Both the position numbers and the translations under genes were made by a program. Below, in pieces: positions 1-10,651 of a DNA stretch of 64,000 nt (position 1 is its first letter; each line of letters opens with the position of its first letter). Origin of the DNA: an uncultured Spirochaetota bacterium (GTDB taxonomy: Bacteria > Spirochaetota > UBA4802 > UBA5550); the NCBI GenBank assembly GCA_942493035.1, contig OW818666.1, positions 4,294,874 through 4,358,873 of the forward strand, read 5' to 3'. The notes under the pieces are model-generated. The model saw nothing but the letters and a program-made list of their open reading frames with translations. It did no database searches and had not been told where the DNA came from.

Positions 1-22
1 AACTGCAAGGTGGTTTTAAAAA

Positions 23-1093
23 TTGTCTAAGTTGATTGAAATAAATTATAATGTATTTAAGGATTTATCGGTGAGAACAGTTTCTGTATTCAAAAGATTT
101 TACGGTGGTTTATTTTCCACAGTATTGCTATCTATTATAACCTTTATTTTAGCAGAGATTCCGGGTAAAGCCGAATTGAACGATGTCGATATGTTAAGCA
201 AAGATCAGGTCATTATCAATAATGTTAATGATGGTTCTGCGGGGAATGACTTTTTTTCTAAAGATCTGACTCGCGGGTATACCTTGGGATTACTCATACC
301 TTCAACACTATTTCTCGGCATTAAATCCTGGGATTGGGGAAAGAGTAACGATCCAAAAGTTGCTGATGAAGGATGGTTTGGCAGAGATACTACTTTCGGC
401 GGTGCGGATAAAGCCGGTCATTTTTTTGCTCATTATGCACTGCAAAGAATAACATATTCTATATTCGATTGGACAGAAAACGGTGAAGACCGCAAATGGG
501 CTTATTCGCTGGGATCATCTTTAGCTGTGGGTCTGTTTATTGAGATTGGAGATTCATTTTCAGATTACGGCTTAAGTGTTGAAGATATTGTGATGGATTG
601 CACTGGTATCTTAACAGGGGCTATGCTCGATTACTCCCCTATTCTCAATGGCCTCCTCGGATTCAGTGTGGAATACATTCCTACAAAAGGATTCATTGCA
701 AAAGCTGATAATAATGATCTGGTTAAATCCTATGTTGACTTTGTGAATGATTATAGCGGTTGGCAGTATATGCTTAATTTTAAAATTGCAGGCATCAGAA
801 ATTTAGGTTTTGATGTTCCTCTTATACTGAGATTACTCAGCGTAGACGTCGGGTGGTATACAAAAGGGTATTCGGTCAATGACGCTGGTAAATATGCAAT
901 ACCGAAGGAGGAGTGGGAAAGAAATCTTTTTGTCGGCATTTCAATCAATTCTGCTCAGGCAGTTGCCGAGATGTGGCCTTCGGAGTACAAAAATAAAGGA
1001 TACACTGTAATACATACATCACTGCAGTATTATCATCTGCCATATGAACATCTTCCCATACCGACAAGATATGTCACGGATCTCAATGAATAA
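23..1093 (+). CDS. hypothetical secreted/membrane-anchored protein
   Basis: 356-aa ORF with an N-terminal hydrophobic anchor; no family recognised; the true start may lie further downstream. Confidence 0.4.
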   Translation: MSKLIEINYNVFKDLSVRTVSVFKRFYGGLFSTVLLSIITFILAEIPGKAELNDVDMLSKDQVIINNVNDGSAGNDFFSKDLTRGYTLGLLIPSTLFLGIKSWDWGKSNDPKVADEGWFGRDTTFGGADKAGHFFAHYALQRITYSIFDWTENGEDRKWAYSLGSSLAVGLFIEIGDSFSDYGLSVEDIVMDCTGILTGAMLDYSPILNGLLGFSVEYIPTKGFIAKADNNDLVKSYVDFVNDYSGWQYMLNFKIAGIRNLGFDVPLILRLLSVDVGWYTKGYSVNDAGKYAIPKEEWERNLFVGISINSAQAVAEMWPSEYKNKGYTVIHTSLQYYHLPYEHLPIPTRYVTDLNE

Positions 1094-1096
1094 GTT

Positions 1097-1768
1097 TTAT
1101 TCAGAATATCCATTCACGCAGCGGGTGCGACCGAATACTATCCCCAGCAGGATAAATATAACTATAGAAACTAATGCATAGCCAATGATGCCAATATTCC
1201 GGACTTGCATATTTGCTAAAGGGACGCCAATCAACCCCACGAGACTCAAAATTCCACTGATAAACATTAAAATCCGAACTGCTGTTTCCAATCTGTTCCC
1301 CTTGAAAACAGGAGCAGCAAAGATCATTGAGAGAGCAAAGAACCAGTCCCATGCCAGGATATCTAATGCATAAATCACTGATGGCCACTTAAAAGAAAAT
1401 AAAAAATGAGCCCCTGCCAATCCTGAAGTTTCAATTTCATGGCTGACCGACAGAATGACAAAATGAACGCTGGATGTAATACCTGTAAGAATAATCATAA
1501 AGACAAGTGCTGTAAGGCTGTATACTTTGACCTCCGAGGATGCGTAGGCATGAACTGCTATCATGCTGAGAGTTAACAGTAGTGCTATTATGATGATTAA
1601 CAGTTCCATAATTGTGAAGTATGGATCACCGATCGGGTCCATAGGTGACTTGAGAGAGAAAAAACCAAGAATCGTAGTTACTGCGTATGCCACCAGAATA
1701 AGGGATACGGAAAAAGTTGAGACCATCCCGATTGCACGATGCTGTGGTGTGAAACTTTCATGGGACAT
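1097..1768 (-). CDS. polytopic inner-membrane protein of unknown function
   Basis: 223 aa with about 6 predicted hydrophobic helices. Confidence 0.5.
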   Translation of the reverse strand: MSHESFTPQHRAIGMVSTFSVSLILVAYAVTTILGFFSLKSPMDPIGDPYFTIMELLIIIIALLLTLSMIAVHAYASSEVKVYSLTALVFMIILTGITSSVHFVILSVSHEIETSGLAGAHFLFSFKWPSVIYALDILAWDWFFALSMIFAAPVFKGNRLETAVRILMFISGILSLVGLIGVPLANMQVRNIGIIGYALVSIVIFILLGIVFGRTRCVNGYSE

Positions 1769-2053
1769 TTTATTACTCCTTTCTTTATTAAATTACATTT
1801 AAAATTTAATTTAAGCAGGGTGTATTAAAAACTTTTTGTCAGGGAAGATATATATTTCAAATTCTGCTAATATTCATTATAATCCTTTAACTCCAGAGAG
1901 TTGAGCTTAAAACTCTCTGGAAGCTATCAAAAAATCCTATATAGAAAATTTCTGGTGTTAATCGTACTTTCCTGTATAGATACGGGTAACTCCATTTATG
2001 CAATAGTTAGTGGTTATTCTTTGCTTTTTGAATGTAGAAAAAGTTTTATCAGA

Positions 2054-2425
2054 TCAATAAGGATTTAATAGTGAATTAATATTTCTTATCCTGATTGTTT
2101 CTGGAGTTACAACTGTGAATGCGTTAAGAAGTTTATCCCCATGTTCCCTCATAACGTGGACAGCAAGAGCTGCTTTTTCGGAATTGGAAATGCCGAAAAC
2201 TCTGAACAGTACAACTCCGGTAGAAATCATTTTTTTTCTGAATACAAGTTCACCAAAATCTTTATCAGCAGTGAGTAAAAGGGCATCATTTGTATTGGCT
2301 AAAGCCAGGACTTTATCATCAGACACTCCACGCTCCATATCATGAATATACCAAATCTTATAACCTTCACCACTTAGGGCATCGGTAATTTGTCTCTCAA
2401 TACTTTCATCAAGTACAAGTTTCAA
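2054..2425 (-). CDS. DUF5615 PIN-like toxin
   Basis: Matches the DUF5615 family pattern (KDFGELVF, TADKDF); abuts a DUF433 ORF. Confidence 0.6.
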   Translation of the reverse strand: MKLVLDESIERQITDALSGEGYKIWYIHDMERGVSDDKVLALANTNDALLLTADKDFGELVFRKKMISTGVVLFRVFGISNSEKAALAVHVMREHGDKLLNAFTVVTPETIRIRNINSLLNPY

Positions 2426-2426
2426 T

Positions 2427-2654
2427 TTAAGCGCTAACCGGGTAAATGATATCTGACTTTAATGCCTTCGCGGCAAAGTTAAGAGCTGCATATATTGCTT
2501 CTTGCGTCAATTGCGGATGCGCTTCAATTATCTGATCAATAGATTCTCCATATGAAAGTTTTTCCAGTATTAATTCTACCGTAATTCTTGTACCAGAGAT
2601 TACAGGCTTCCCCATCATTATTTCCGGGTCTGATGTTATTAAATTTAAATTCAT
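2427..2654 (-). CDS. DUF433 antitoxin-like protein
   Basis: 75-aa DUF433-like sequence immediately upstream of the DUF5615 ORF, 1-bp gap. Confidence 0.6.
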   Translation of the reverse strand: MNLNLITSDPEIMMGKPVISGTRITVELILEKLSYGESIDQIIEAHPQLTQEAIYAALNFAAKALKSDIIYPVSA

Positions 2655-3082
2655 AATAATTACCTTTTTTAATAACTTAATGAACTCAATTTTCGACGCT
2701 ATGTCAACAATATTTATCTGCGCAAAATTGAATTTAAAGCATTGCGTATTGAATACTTTTTGTCAAGAATGATACATTTACAAAAAATAAGAAGGTACCC
2801 AATCTGTTCCGTTAATTTCAGTATACTGGTATAACATTCTCTTAGGTTTAAAGCTTTTTCCAAAAAAAGAAAACAGGTCTTTACTCATAAACTGGTGGTG
2901 AAATTGCTCTCCGCTGCGACTGTGGCGCGGCTGAGATAAAATACCACAGGTTTTTGAGCAGTAACGATAACAGTTACGTTTTATTGTTGAAAATAATATT
3001 TATTAATAAGCTATGGTCTACTATTGAAGTATATATAATTTCAGTAATAATTCCTTAGTTTTCATGATGAATACTTTATTCT

Positions 3083-3108
3083 CCCCGCCGCCGCCGGAGG
3101 CGGCGGGG
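3083..3108. repeat. GC-rich hairpin CCCCGCCGCC-GGA-GGCGGCGGGG
   Basis: Perfect inverted repeat in an AT-rich intergenic region; same stem as at 19011. Confidence 0.6.
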
Positions 3109-3181
3109 AGATATGATTCTTTTTTCATTAAAATATACTACAGGGGATTAACACTGATATAATTTTGAGGTTATTTTAAAA

Positions 3182-4411
3182 ATGGCAAAAATCAGAGCTT
3201 TCAAAGGGGTCAGACCGGTAAAGGATCTAGCGGATAAGATCGCAGAGCTTCCATATGATGTTGTATCTCTTCCTGAGGTTATTGAGATAGCAGGGAACAA
3301 TCCGTATAACTTTTATCATGTTACCAGATCGGAAATGGATCTTGCTCCCGGAACCGATCCTTATTCACCTGAAGTATATAAGAAAGCAAAAGAGACTTTT
3401 GATATGTTCAAGGATAAGGGATTCATGACTGTCGATAATGATCCGATTCTTTATCTCTATTCGCAGGTTATGGACGGACGTACCCAGACAGGTGTTGTTG
3501 CCTGTGCCGATGTTGATGATTACATAAAAGAGATTATCAAAAAGCATGAACTCACAAGAGAGGAAAAAGAACTCGATAGGACCAGACATGTTGATATCGT
3601 CAACGCGAATACAGGTCCTGTTTTTTTAATATACAGGGACAGTGATGAAAAACGAAAACTTATAGAGAAAGCCATGACTGCTCAGCCTGTTTACGATTTC
3701 ACAGCCTCTGACGGGATTAAACACATAGTAAGATTGATCGATGACCAGGCCCTTATTGCTGAGATAAAAAAATCATTCGAAAAGGATGAACTCTACATCG
3801 CTGACGGTCACCATAGAGCTGCCTCGGCAGTACGCGTATGCAAAATGAGAAGAGAAGCAAATCCATCATACACAGGCGATGAGGAGTTCAACGGTTTTCA
3901 GGCTGTTATCTTCCCTCATACTCAGCTGAAGATCCTTGCGTATAACAGGGTAGTGAAGGATCTTAACGGAATGACTACCGATGACTTTATGAAAAAACTT
4001 GCAGAAGATTTCAGAATTGAAAAGAGCGATGTAAAGGTTCCGGTGAAGGTAAATACCTTTGCCATGTACATCGGGAAAGAGTGGTACTCCATGAATCCTA
4101 AGTTCGAAATATCATCAGATCCTATTGAATCGCTCGATGTTACAATAATACAGAAGAGAGTGCTTGCCCCGCTTCTTGGAATTAACGATCCGCGAAAGGA
4201 TAAGCGCATAGATTTTGTCGGAGGGATAAGAGGAACAGCTGAACTTGAAAAGGTTGTTGATTCCGGAGATTTTGCAGTTGCATTCTCAATGTATCCCACT
4301 GAAATCGAACAGCTCATGAACGTTTCCGATGCAGGATTGATAATGCCTCCGAAATCCACATGGTTTGAACCGAAGCTCCGGGATGGACTTCTGGTTCACG
4401 AACTGGACTGA
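3182..4411 (+). CDS. DUF1015 family protein
   Basis: 409 aa with the conserved DUF1015 N-terminus (AFKGVRP...LPYDVVS). Confidence 0.7.
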   Translation: MAKIRAFKGVRPVKDLADKIAELPYDVVSLPEVIEIAGNNPYNFYHVTRSEMDLAPGTDPYSPEVYKKAKETFDMFKDKGFMTVDNDPILYLYSQVMDGRTQTGVVACADVDDYIKEIIKKHELTREEKELDRTRHVDIVNANTGPVFLIYRDSDEKRKLIEKAMTAQPVYDFTASDGIKHIVRLIDDQALIAEIKKSFEKDELYIADGHHRAASAVRVCKMRREANPSYTGDEEFNGFQAVIFPHTQLKILAYNRVVKDLNGMTTDDFMKKLAEDFRIEKSDVKVPVKVNTFAMYIGKEWYSMNPKFEISSDPIESLDVTIIQKRVLAPLLGINDPRKDKRIDFVGGIRGTAELEKVVDSGDFAVAFSMYPTEIEQLMNVSDAGLIMPPKSTWFEPKLRDGLLVHELD

Positions 4412-4415
4412 TCAA

Positions 4416-5357
4416 TCAGAAGGTATAGATCTCTATTTTATTGTCCCCTTTCTCACACGCAGCAGTAGTTGCAAACTCTGATCGTCTGATGAATGATTCA
4501 AGTACAAGATCGTTCATCAGGTGGTCATCCGGTTTGCCGTTCTTTTCAACATCTTCAGGATCGAGTTCCGAAATACCAATTGAAACGCATGGACTTATAT
4601 ATCTATCTTTATATTTGAATTTCTTGCTCTGAAGATTCTTTATTATTCTCTCTGCAACTTTTTCAGCTTCCTCATTTCTTGCATGAGGGAGGAATATTAC
4701 AAAACGGGATACTTCAAATCTTCCGATTTTATCATATGGTCTTATAGATTTTTTTAATCTCCCTGCGAATTCTCCGAGGAAAGCATCGAAAACTTTTGTT
4801 CCGAATTCATTGAGAAGTTCATCATAATTGTGAAGATTTATCATTATTGAACAAGTAAAATCCCCTCTTCGTGACGCCCGCCCCATTTCGCTCATCATCT
4901 CATCAAGGAGTGCTCTTCTGTTGAGGACGGATGTGATCGGATCCTCTTTGGCAAATTTAATCAGTTTCTTTTTGGTCTTAACCAGTGTACTATTCAGATC
5001 TATATTCTTTTTAACTACGCGCAGTTTGAGTTTGAGTTCATCCTTTGTGAACGGGATAGTGATATAATCATCAGCACCTGCTGTAACTCCCTCGGAAAGG
5101 TCTGCTGCTGTATCTTTTGTGCCGATGAGCAGGATAAACGGATGGCTTTTCATCCCTTTTATTTTTTTAATAGCACCGCAGATTTCGGAATTCATACCGT
5201 CAATCCAGTTTATTATAACCAATTCAGGCGTACCTGTATTCAGTACTTCGGCAACCGGCTGATTGTGAAGCTCGGTAATTTCCAGATTGAATTCTGAAGA
5301 TATCTCTTCCAGAGGTTTCAGTATTGTCTTTGTATGATTTGCCAGAGTAACTTTCAT
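4416..5357 (-). CDS. response-regulator receiver plus degenerate GGDEF domain protein
   Basis: REC-like N-terminus (GADDYITIPF) and a GGDEF-fold C-terminus whose signature is replaced by RFEVSRF. Confidence 0.6.
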   Translation of the reverse strand: MKVTLANHTKTILKPLEEISSEFNLEITELHNQPVAEVLNTGTPELVIINWIDGMNSEICGAIKKIKGMKSHPFILLIGTKDTAADLSEGVTAGADDYITIPFTKDELKLKLRVVKKNIDLNSTLVKTKKKLIKFAKEDPITSVLNRRALLDEMMSEMGRASRRGDFTCSIMINLHNYDELLNEFGTKVFDAFLGEFAGRLKKSIRPYDKIGRFEVSRFVIFLPHARNEEAEKVAERIIKNLQSKKFKYKDRYISPCVSIGISELDPEDVEKNGKPDDHLMNDLVLESFIRRSEFATTAACEKGDNKIEIYTF

Positions 5358-5542
5358 ATTAACCTGCCTGATTGCGGTATTCTTAACCCATAATCAGTAA
5401 TAATTCCTGAACATAGGTTTTAGTGTTAAAAAGAAAATATATATCCCGGACGCTTTCAGCGGCGGAGAGAATATAGCTTTTTTATGTATAAATATTACTA
5501 ATATATAATGCAAATTTAAAATTTTGTCAACAAATTTAAAGT

Positions 5543-7978
5543 TTACCTGATTTCGATTGAATATGGCTGAATGTAAAGTGTCTGTTCCTCCAGCATCCTG
5601 TATTTTTCAATATTCTGTACCAGAAATTTAAGGTGATTAATCATTACAGATAAATCACTATTGTTTAATATCCCTCTGAGAAAAGATCCATTCTCGGGAA
5701 GATTAACTATCCGGTATTCTGAATTGAGATCTGCTTTATTTTTTGCATACTCTATTGCTGCAATTAATCCGCCGGTTTCGTTTACCAGTTTATTCCCTTT
5801 TGCAGCAGAACCGGTATGAATTTTTCCCTCGGCAATTTGCGGGATTTCATTTTCAGTAATACCTCTCCCCTCCATTACTTTACCGGTAAATCTGTCGTAG
5901 ATAAAATCTATCTCCTTATGCAGTAAGACTTTATCGTTTTCAGTAAGACTTCGTGATTCCGAAAATATATCTGCAAACTCGCTCATCTTAATTGTCTCTG
6001 TGCTTATCCCGAGTTTAGAATATAACTCTTCCGCAGATATTTTTCCTGCGATAACACCAATGGAACCTGTAATTGTACCTTTACCGGCAAAGACCGGATC
6101 TCCAGTACATGCAATATAGTATCCGCCCGATGCAGCGGTATTTCCGAACGAGAATACTACAGGTTTAGGATTCATCTTTTTTGCAGAGTACAGCGCGTTC
6201 CACATGAAATCTGAAGCTGCAGCAGAACCTCCGCCTGAATCTATTCTTATGACAACAGCCTTAACGGATCGGTCACCGAATGCTTTATCTATGGAGAGTT
6301 TGTATTCATAATCTCCTGTTGAGCTCGACATTGCGGAACCTCCCCCTTTGCCGGAGACGATTGAACCTGTTACGCTGATAACTGCAATTGCCGGGAGTGT
6401 GCTCCATGAACTGACCGATTCCCCGTCACTTATATATTCAGAAAATGAAATTGTTTTTCCGTTCCCCTTGATTGAATCGACAGCTTCATTGGCGTACATT
6501 ACTTCATCAATAAATCCCTTCTCTTTGGCTTCAGCGGGAGTATATAAACCCTTTGTGAAAAGTTCGTCAACTGCATCGCGGGTCAGTTTTCTCTGTTCAA
6601 TTATTCCGCTTATAAACTGATCATTCAAGTCAGTAAGAATTGTTTTAAGATTTTCTCTGGCATGTTCTGACATATCTGATCTTGTATAAGTTTCATTGAA
6701 CGATTTGTATTTACCTTTACTGATAGATTCGAATTTGACTCCCCCTTTATCGAGCAGCCCCTTCAGGAAATATGCCTTAGCGCTGAGTCCGGTTATTTTA
6801 AATGTTGAATTAGGTGTAAAAAATATTTTATCCGATGCGGTTGCGAGATAATACTCCCTGTTCCCTGAATAGCTGAGAATAGTATAAACTTTTTTACCAT
6901 CAGAGCGGAGTCTGTTGAGCAGATCCCTTATCTCCTGAGTCTGAGCCATTCCAAATCCGGAGCTTTCGATTTCAATAATCAATCCGGTTATAGTCGGGTC
7001 ATCTCCTGCTTTTGAAATTCCCTTCAGCAGATCCCTGAATACAGATTTTCTCTTCGAAAATATTCCCGACTCTTCCCGCTCTGCAGTGTAGTCTCCGCTG
7101 ATTTTCAGAGTTACAAAATTTTCTCCGGGAGCTATGTGTATACTTTTTTTCATTCTCTTTGAACTGAATGCGATACCGGCACTTTTAAAATCTGCTGTTT
7201 CAGATTTTTCTGAACCGTATGCATCTATAGTCATCTCCATACCGCTGCCGCTTCTTAAATAAAGAGGCAAAGTCAATCCCGCGGTGATGCTTTTATCTGT
7301 TCCATATTTAAGTGTGAGAGATATATCTTTATATCCTTTAAGTTCCGCAGAGTAGTAGAATTCAGCATCTCTGTCCTTTTGTGTAATACATCCTGCAGAT
7401 AGAGTCAGGTAATCTTTCCATGGCCGCAGCGATAATGAGTAGTCAATAGATGGCGATATATGTTCCCCTCCGATCTCTCCGTTAAGATCTCTGAAGGCAG
7501 TCCCTATTGAAATAAATTTAACCGGCCTGAAGAGTAACCCTGCGCTCCAGCCTGAGTAGCTGTTGTAATATTCATCGCTGCCGCTGCTGAAGGAGTATCC
7601 GGCTCCGAATCCGAATGTATTGCCGAAAAAGAAGCCTCTATTAATACTGTAAAGATTTACTCCGGAATTCAGGATTGAATTACCATCCATGTCCGGAATT
7701 GTATTATAGCGTGAGTATATAAGATCAAATCCGAAAAGATTCAATACTGCGAAGTGGTTAGCATTATCTTCACTGTTATACATCAGATATCGGTATGCTA
7801 TGTTACTGGTGCTGTCCATGTCTGTAAAAACAGGATTCAGCATTGATGAAAATGATCCTCCGGAGTAACTTGATGATAGTGCAGATGGAGGGAGCGGAAA
7901 GGGATTTTCTGCTGAAAACAGTGCAGATACGGCAGTAAAAATTAAAAACACAACGGTAACAGCTTTTTTTCCAGACAT
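5543..7978 (-). CDS. sppA: signal peptide peptidase SppA (long form) with N-terminal beta-rich domain
   Basis: Tandem SppA/ClpP-fold motifs (GNTAASGGYYIA; GSIGVI). Confidence 0.8.
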   Translation of the reverse strand: MSGKKAVTVVFLIFTAVSALFSAENPFPLPPSALSSSYSGGSFSSMLNPVFTDMDSTSNIAYRYLMYNSEDNANHFAVLNLFGFDLIYSRYNTIPDMDGNSILNSGVNLYSINRGFFFGNTFGFGAGYSFSSGSDEYYNSYSGWSAGLLFRPVKFISIGTAFRDLNGEIGGEHISPSIDYSLSLRPWKDYLTLSAGCITQKDRDAEFYYSAELKGYKDISLTLKYGTDKSITAGLTLPLYLRSGSGMEMTIDAYGSEKSETADFKSAGIAFSSKRMKKSIHIAPGENFVTLKISGDYTAEREESGIFSKRKSVFRDLLKGISKAGDDPTITGLIIEIESSGFGMAQTQEIRDLLNRLRSDGKKVYTILSYSGNREYYLATASDKIFFTPNSTFKITGLSAKAYFLKGLLDKGGVKFESISKGKYKSFNETYTRSDMSEHARENLKTILTDLNDQFISGIIEQRKLTRDAVDELFTKGLYTPAEAKEKGFIDEVMYANEAVDSIKGNGKTISFSEYISDGESVSSWSTLPAIAVISVTGSIVSGKGGGSAMSSSTGDYEYKLSIDKAFGDRSVKAVVIRIDSGGGSAAASDFMWNALYSAKKMNPKPVVFSFGNTAASGGYYIACTGDPVFAGKGTITGSIGVIAGKISAEELYSKLGISTETIKMSEFADIFSESRSLTENDKVLLHKEIDFIYDRFTGKVMEGRGITENEIPQIAEGKIHTGSAAKGNKLVNETGGLIAAIEYAKNKADLNSEYRIVNLPENGSFLRGILNNSDLSVMINHLKFLVQNIEKYRMLEEQTLYIQPYSIEIR

Positions 7979-8036
7979 CAGTTTCTCCCTGAAGTATGAG
8001 TAATTTTATTATATAAACCGGTACTTCGAATAATTT

Positions 8037-8648
8037 TTATAGGGTATTTCCAACAAGAAGCAGATAATCATTTTTTATTATCCGGAAAATTTCATCCTCG
8101 TCAAGACTTCCGTCAATTTTAAGAAAATTGGCATCGGCCATTTGCAGAAAGTTTTTTCTTACACCTTCGAGGAAAGCTTTTTTTTCAAAGAGCTCGGTTC
8201 TCCCTGAACCGTTTCTGGCGGTAATTCTCCGTATCGCTTCAGCCGGATCAATATCGATATAGTAGACTTTGTCCGGTACCGGAAAACCTCTATCTATATT
8301 CTTTTTTATTATTTCGGATGGAGATATGAAAGATGATCCCTGGTAGGCGGCGTTTGAATAGAAGTACCTGTCCATGACAATTGTTATACCCTGATCCATA
8401 CACGGTTTTATATTAAGATCAAGGTCCTGCTGGCGGTCTTCAATGAACAGGCGGATCTGCTCATCGACTGAAGCCTGAATTTCACCCTGAAGCATTTTTC
8501 TTATCTTCTGCCCGTATTCACCTGAAGTCGGTTCGGCAAGTTTTTTTACAGCGATATTTTCAGATACAATATAATTGTAAAGCAGTGAACTTTGGGTGGA
8601 TTTGCCCGAGCCGTCGATCCCTTCAAAAACAATAAATTTATTTTTCAC
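8037..8648 (-). CDS. tmk: thymidylate kinase
   Basis: FIVFEGIDGSGKST P-loop and dTMP kinase length. Confidence 0.85.
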   Translation of the reverse strand: MKNKFIVFEGIDGSGKSTQSSLLYNYIVSENIAVKKLAEPTSGEYGQKIRKMLQGEIQASVDEQIRLFIEDRQQDLDLNIKPCMDQGITIVMDRYFYSNAAYQGSSFISPSEIIKKNIDRGFPVPDKVYYIDIDPAEAIRRITARNGSGRTELFEKKAFLEGVRKNFLQMADANFLKIDGSLDEDEIFRIIKNDYLLLVGNTL

Positions 8649-8742
8649 TAAAAAAGTTCTCCCTTTACAGCTGTATCGTTAAGCAAATCCATCCTGAACT
8701 TCATGTGCGGGATGAAAGCCGGATCCGATTTCAGTTAATTTA

Positions 8743-9537
8743 TCATAGATTTAATACAGGTTCTATATCTTCGATATATGTTACAGTCGCTCCGACAGTG
8801 CAGAGATTCAGTCCGAGAAAACCGATTACCGGGATGAATGAAACTATAAAAAAAGCAAGACCTGTACCGAATACAGACCTTTTGAATTTCCATGTTATAC
8901 GGAGTTTATCTTTAAAACTGTATCTGTCCCTTTCCAGAGGGAAATCATAAAACTGAAAACCGTAAAAGAATAGTGCCGAGAGAAAATTTAAAAAAGCATA
9001 TACAAAACTTCCGCCGGGGATCAGGTTGAGAAGCAGCAGAATAATATTTATTAATATAATCAGGACAATAAGACGTATAGAGTTTGAAAGAGCGCGCAAT
9101 ATATCAGAGATAACCTCCCTGAGCGAAAAAGCTTCTTCAGCACTTTTATTCCCGAGAACTTTTTCTGTTTTGAATGAAAGAAGATCAAGAAACGGAGCTG
9201 TAATAATTCCTCCGGCAATTGAATATACGAGTACTGTAAAAATTGACAGCATAACAAATAGTACCGGCGACACAAGAATCCGCAGAAACTGCATGTACCA
9301 CTCTTCCCCTGAAATAAAAGACTGGATAAAAGGGATCAGCGAAGTGTAGGAGTAATAAAAAATTCCGGACAGTATTAATATGTTCAGTACAAATGGAACG
9401 AGAAAATATATAAGCATACTTTTGTTGTTCTGCAGAAGTGGAAATGATCTGAAGGTGTTTATAAAACCTTTATATAGGGAATTCTGAATTTCTGTTTTCC
9501 TGAAAAGTTTATTTCCTGAAGCCATAGTCTCCTCCAT
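8743..9537 (-). CDS. EI24/CysZ-like membrane protein
   Basis: 264 aa, 4-6 TM helices, EI24-family-like loops. Confidence 0.4.
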   Translation of the reverse strand: MEETMASGNKLFRKTEIQNSLYKGFINTFRSFPLLQNNKSMLIYFLVPFVLNILILSGIFYYSYTSLIPFIQSFISGEEWYMQFLRILVSPVLFVMLSIFTVLVYSIAGGIITAPFLDLLSFKTEKVLGNKSAEEAFSLREVISDILRALSNSIRLIVLIILINIILLLLNLIPGGSFVYAFLNFLSALFFYGFQFYDFPLERDRYSFKDKLRITWKFKRSVFGTGLAFFIVSFIPVIGFLGLNLCTVGATVTYIEDIEPVLNL

Positions 9538-9542
9538 TTCAC

Positions 9543-10502
9543 TCAGATATATTTCATTGATGCTTTTTTCAGCCTGTCCATAATTGCAACTCCAAGCCCC
9601 GAGCCTTCAACTCTTTCAACGTATATTTTATCTATATCAAGCATGTCGAGCCGGTGAAGGTGCGAAAAGAGATTGGCAGCTGCCTCCCTGAGATTCCCTT
9701 TTTCGGATAGTATTTCTGATCGGTCCTCCGGGTAGGTGAAGTCCGGCTTCCGGAAAAAAAGATATCCGCTCCGATCTTCTATGTGAGTTATTTTATCTGT
9801 AAGTATTACCTGCTTTTCCGGGGAGTAGTGATATGGAAGCTGCCCCGGCGCTTCAGGTTTATTCACGGAATGACCGATGAGAATAGTCTCTCCTGTAAAA
9901 TCTTCAATATCTTCAGGAGCTGTTCCCCCCGGACGGAGCAGGTATATGCGGTTATTCATAATTTTTACTATTGTCGATTCAATCCCTATACTGCATGGAC
10001 CTCCGTCGAGAATCATATCAATAGAGTCTCCAAGCTGGCTGCTCACATGTTCTGCAGTTGTAGGGCTGAGACATCCGAACCTGTTGGCGCTTGGTGCAGC
10101 GATGGGTGTGCCCGCTGCTCTGATAAGTGCCAGTGCTGCGGGATGTACCGGCATCCGTACTGCTACAGTAGGTATCCCTGATGTAACTATGTCGGGAACT
10201 ATATCTTTTTTTTCTAAAACTATAGTGAGAGGACCCGGCCAGAATTTTTCCATTAATTTTAAAACTTTCGGATCAAGGTTGCGCGAGACCCGCTCAACAT
10301 CTGAAAGATCAGCTATGTGTACAATCAAAGGATCGAAAAAGGGTCTTTTTTTTGCTTCAAATATACCTGCAGCAGCAACGGGATTGAGAGCATCAGCACC
10401 TAGACCGTAAACTGTCTCCGTGGGGAATGCTACAAGTCCGCCGTTTTTTATAATATCAGCGGCTTTTTTTATATTCTCTTCAGTTGCTTTTACTATTTTC
10501 AT
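9543..10502 (-). CDS. tsaC: L-threonylcarbamoyladenylate synthase (Sua5/YwlC/TsaC)
   Basis: YrdC fold motif AFPTETVYGLGADA plus a Sua5 C-terminal domain. Confidence 0.85.
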   Translation of the reverse strand: MKIVKATEENIKKAADIIKNGGLVAFPTETVYGLGADALNPVAAAGIFEAKKRPFFDPLIVHIADLSDVERVSRNLDPKVLKLMEKFWPGPLTIVLEKKDIVPDIVTSGIPTVAVRMPVHPAALALIRAAGTPIAAPSANRFGCLSPTTAEHVSSQLGDSIDMILDGGPCSIGIESTIVKIMNNRIYLLRPGGTAPEDIEDFTGETILIGHSVNKPEAPGQLPYHYSPEKQVILTDKITHIEDRSGYLFFRKPDFTYPEDRSEILSEKGNLREAAANLFSHLHRLDMLDIDKIYVERVEGSGLGVAIMDRLKKASMKYI

Positions 10503-10651
10503 AATGGATATCTGATATTATAGACCCGTTTTTTTCAAGCATTTGGTGATTTTTTATTATTTTATTTCGCAAGTACTTCCGAGTCATTGCCTATAAAAAA
10601 GTCTTGATTCGATTCGGAAGTGATATAATCTGCCTATAATCTTTAATTAAA

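Noticed and set aside
9877-10410. 177-aa and 132-aa ORFs antisense within the Sua5 gene
   Set aside because: They are embedded antisense in a well-supported gene with no independent signals. The same applies to other short antisense ORFs in the track (for example 15438-15746, 22545-22748, 25377-25724, 27457-27866).
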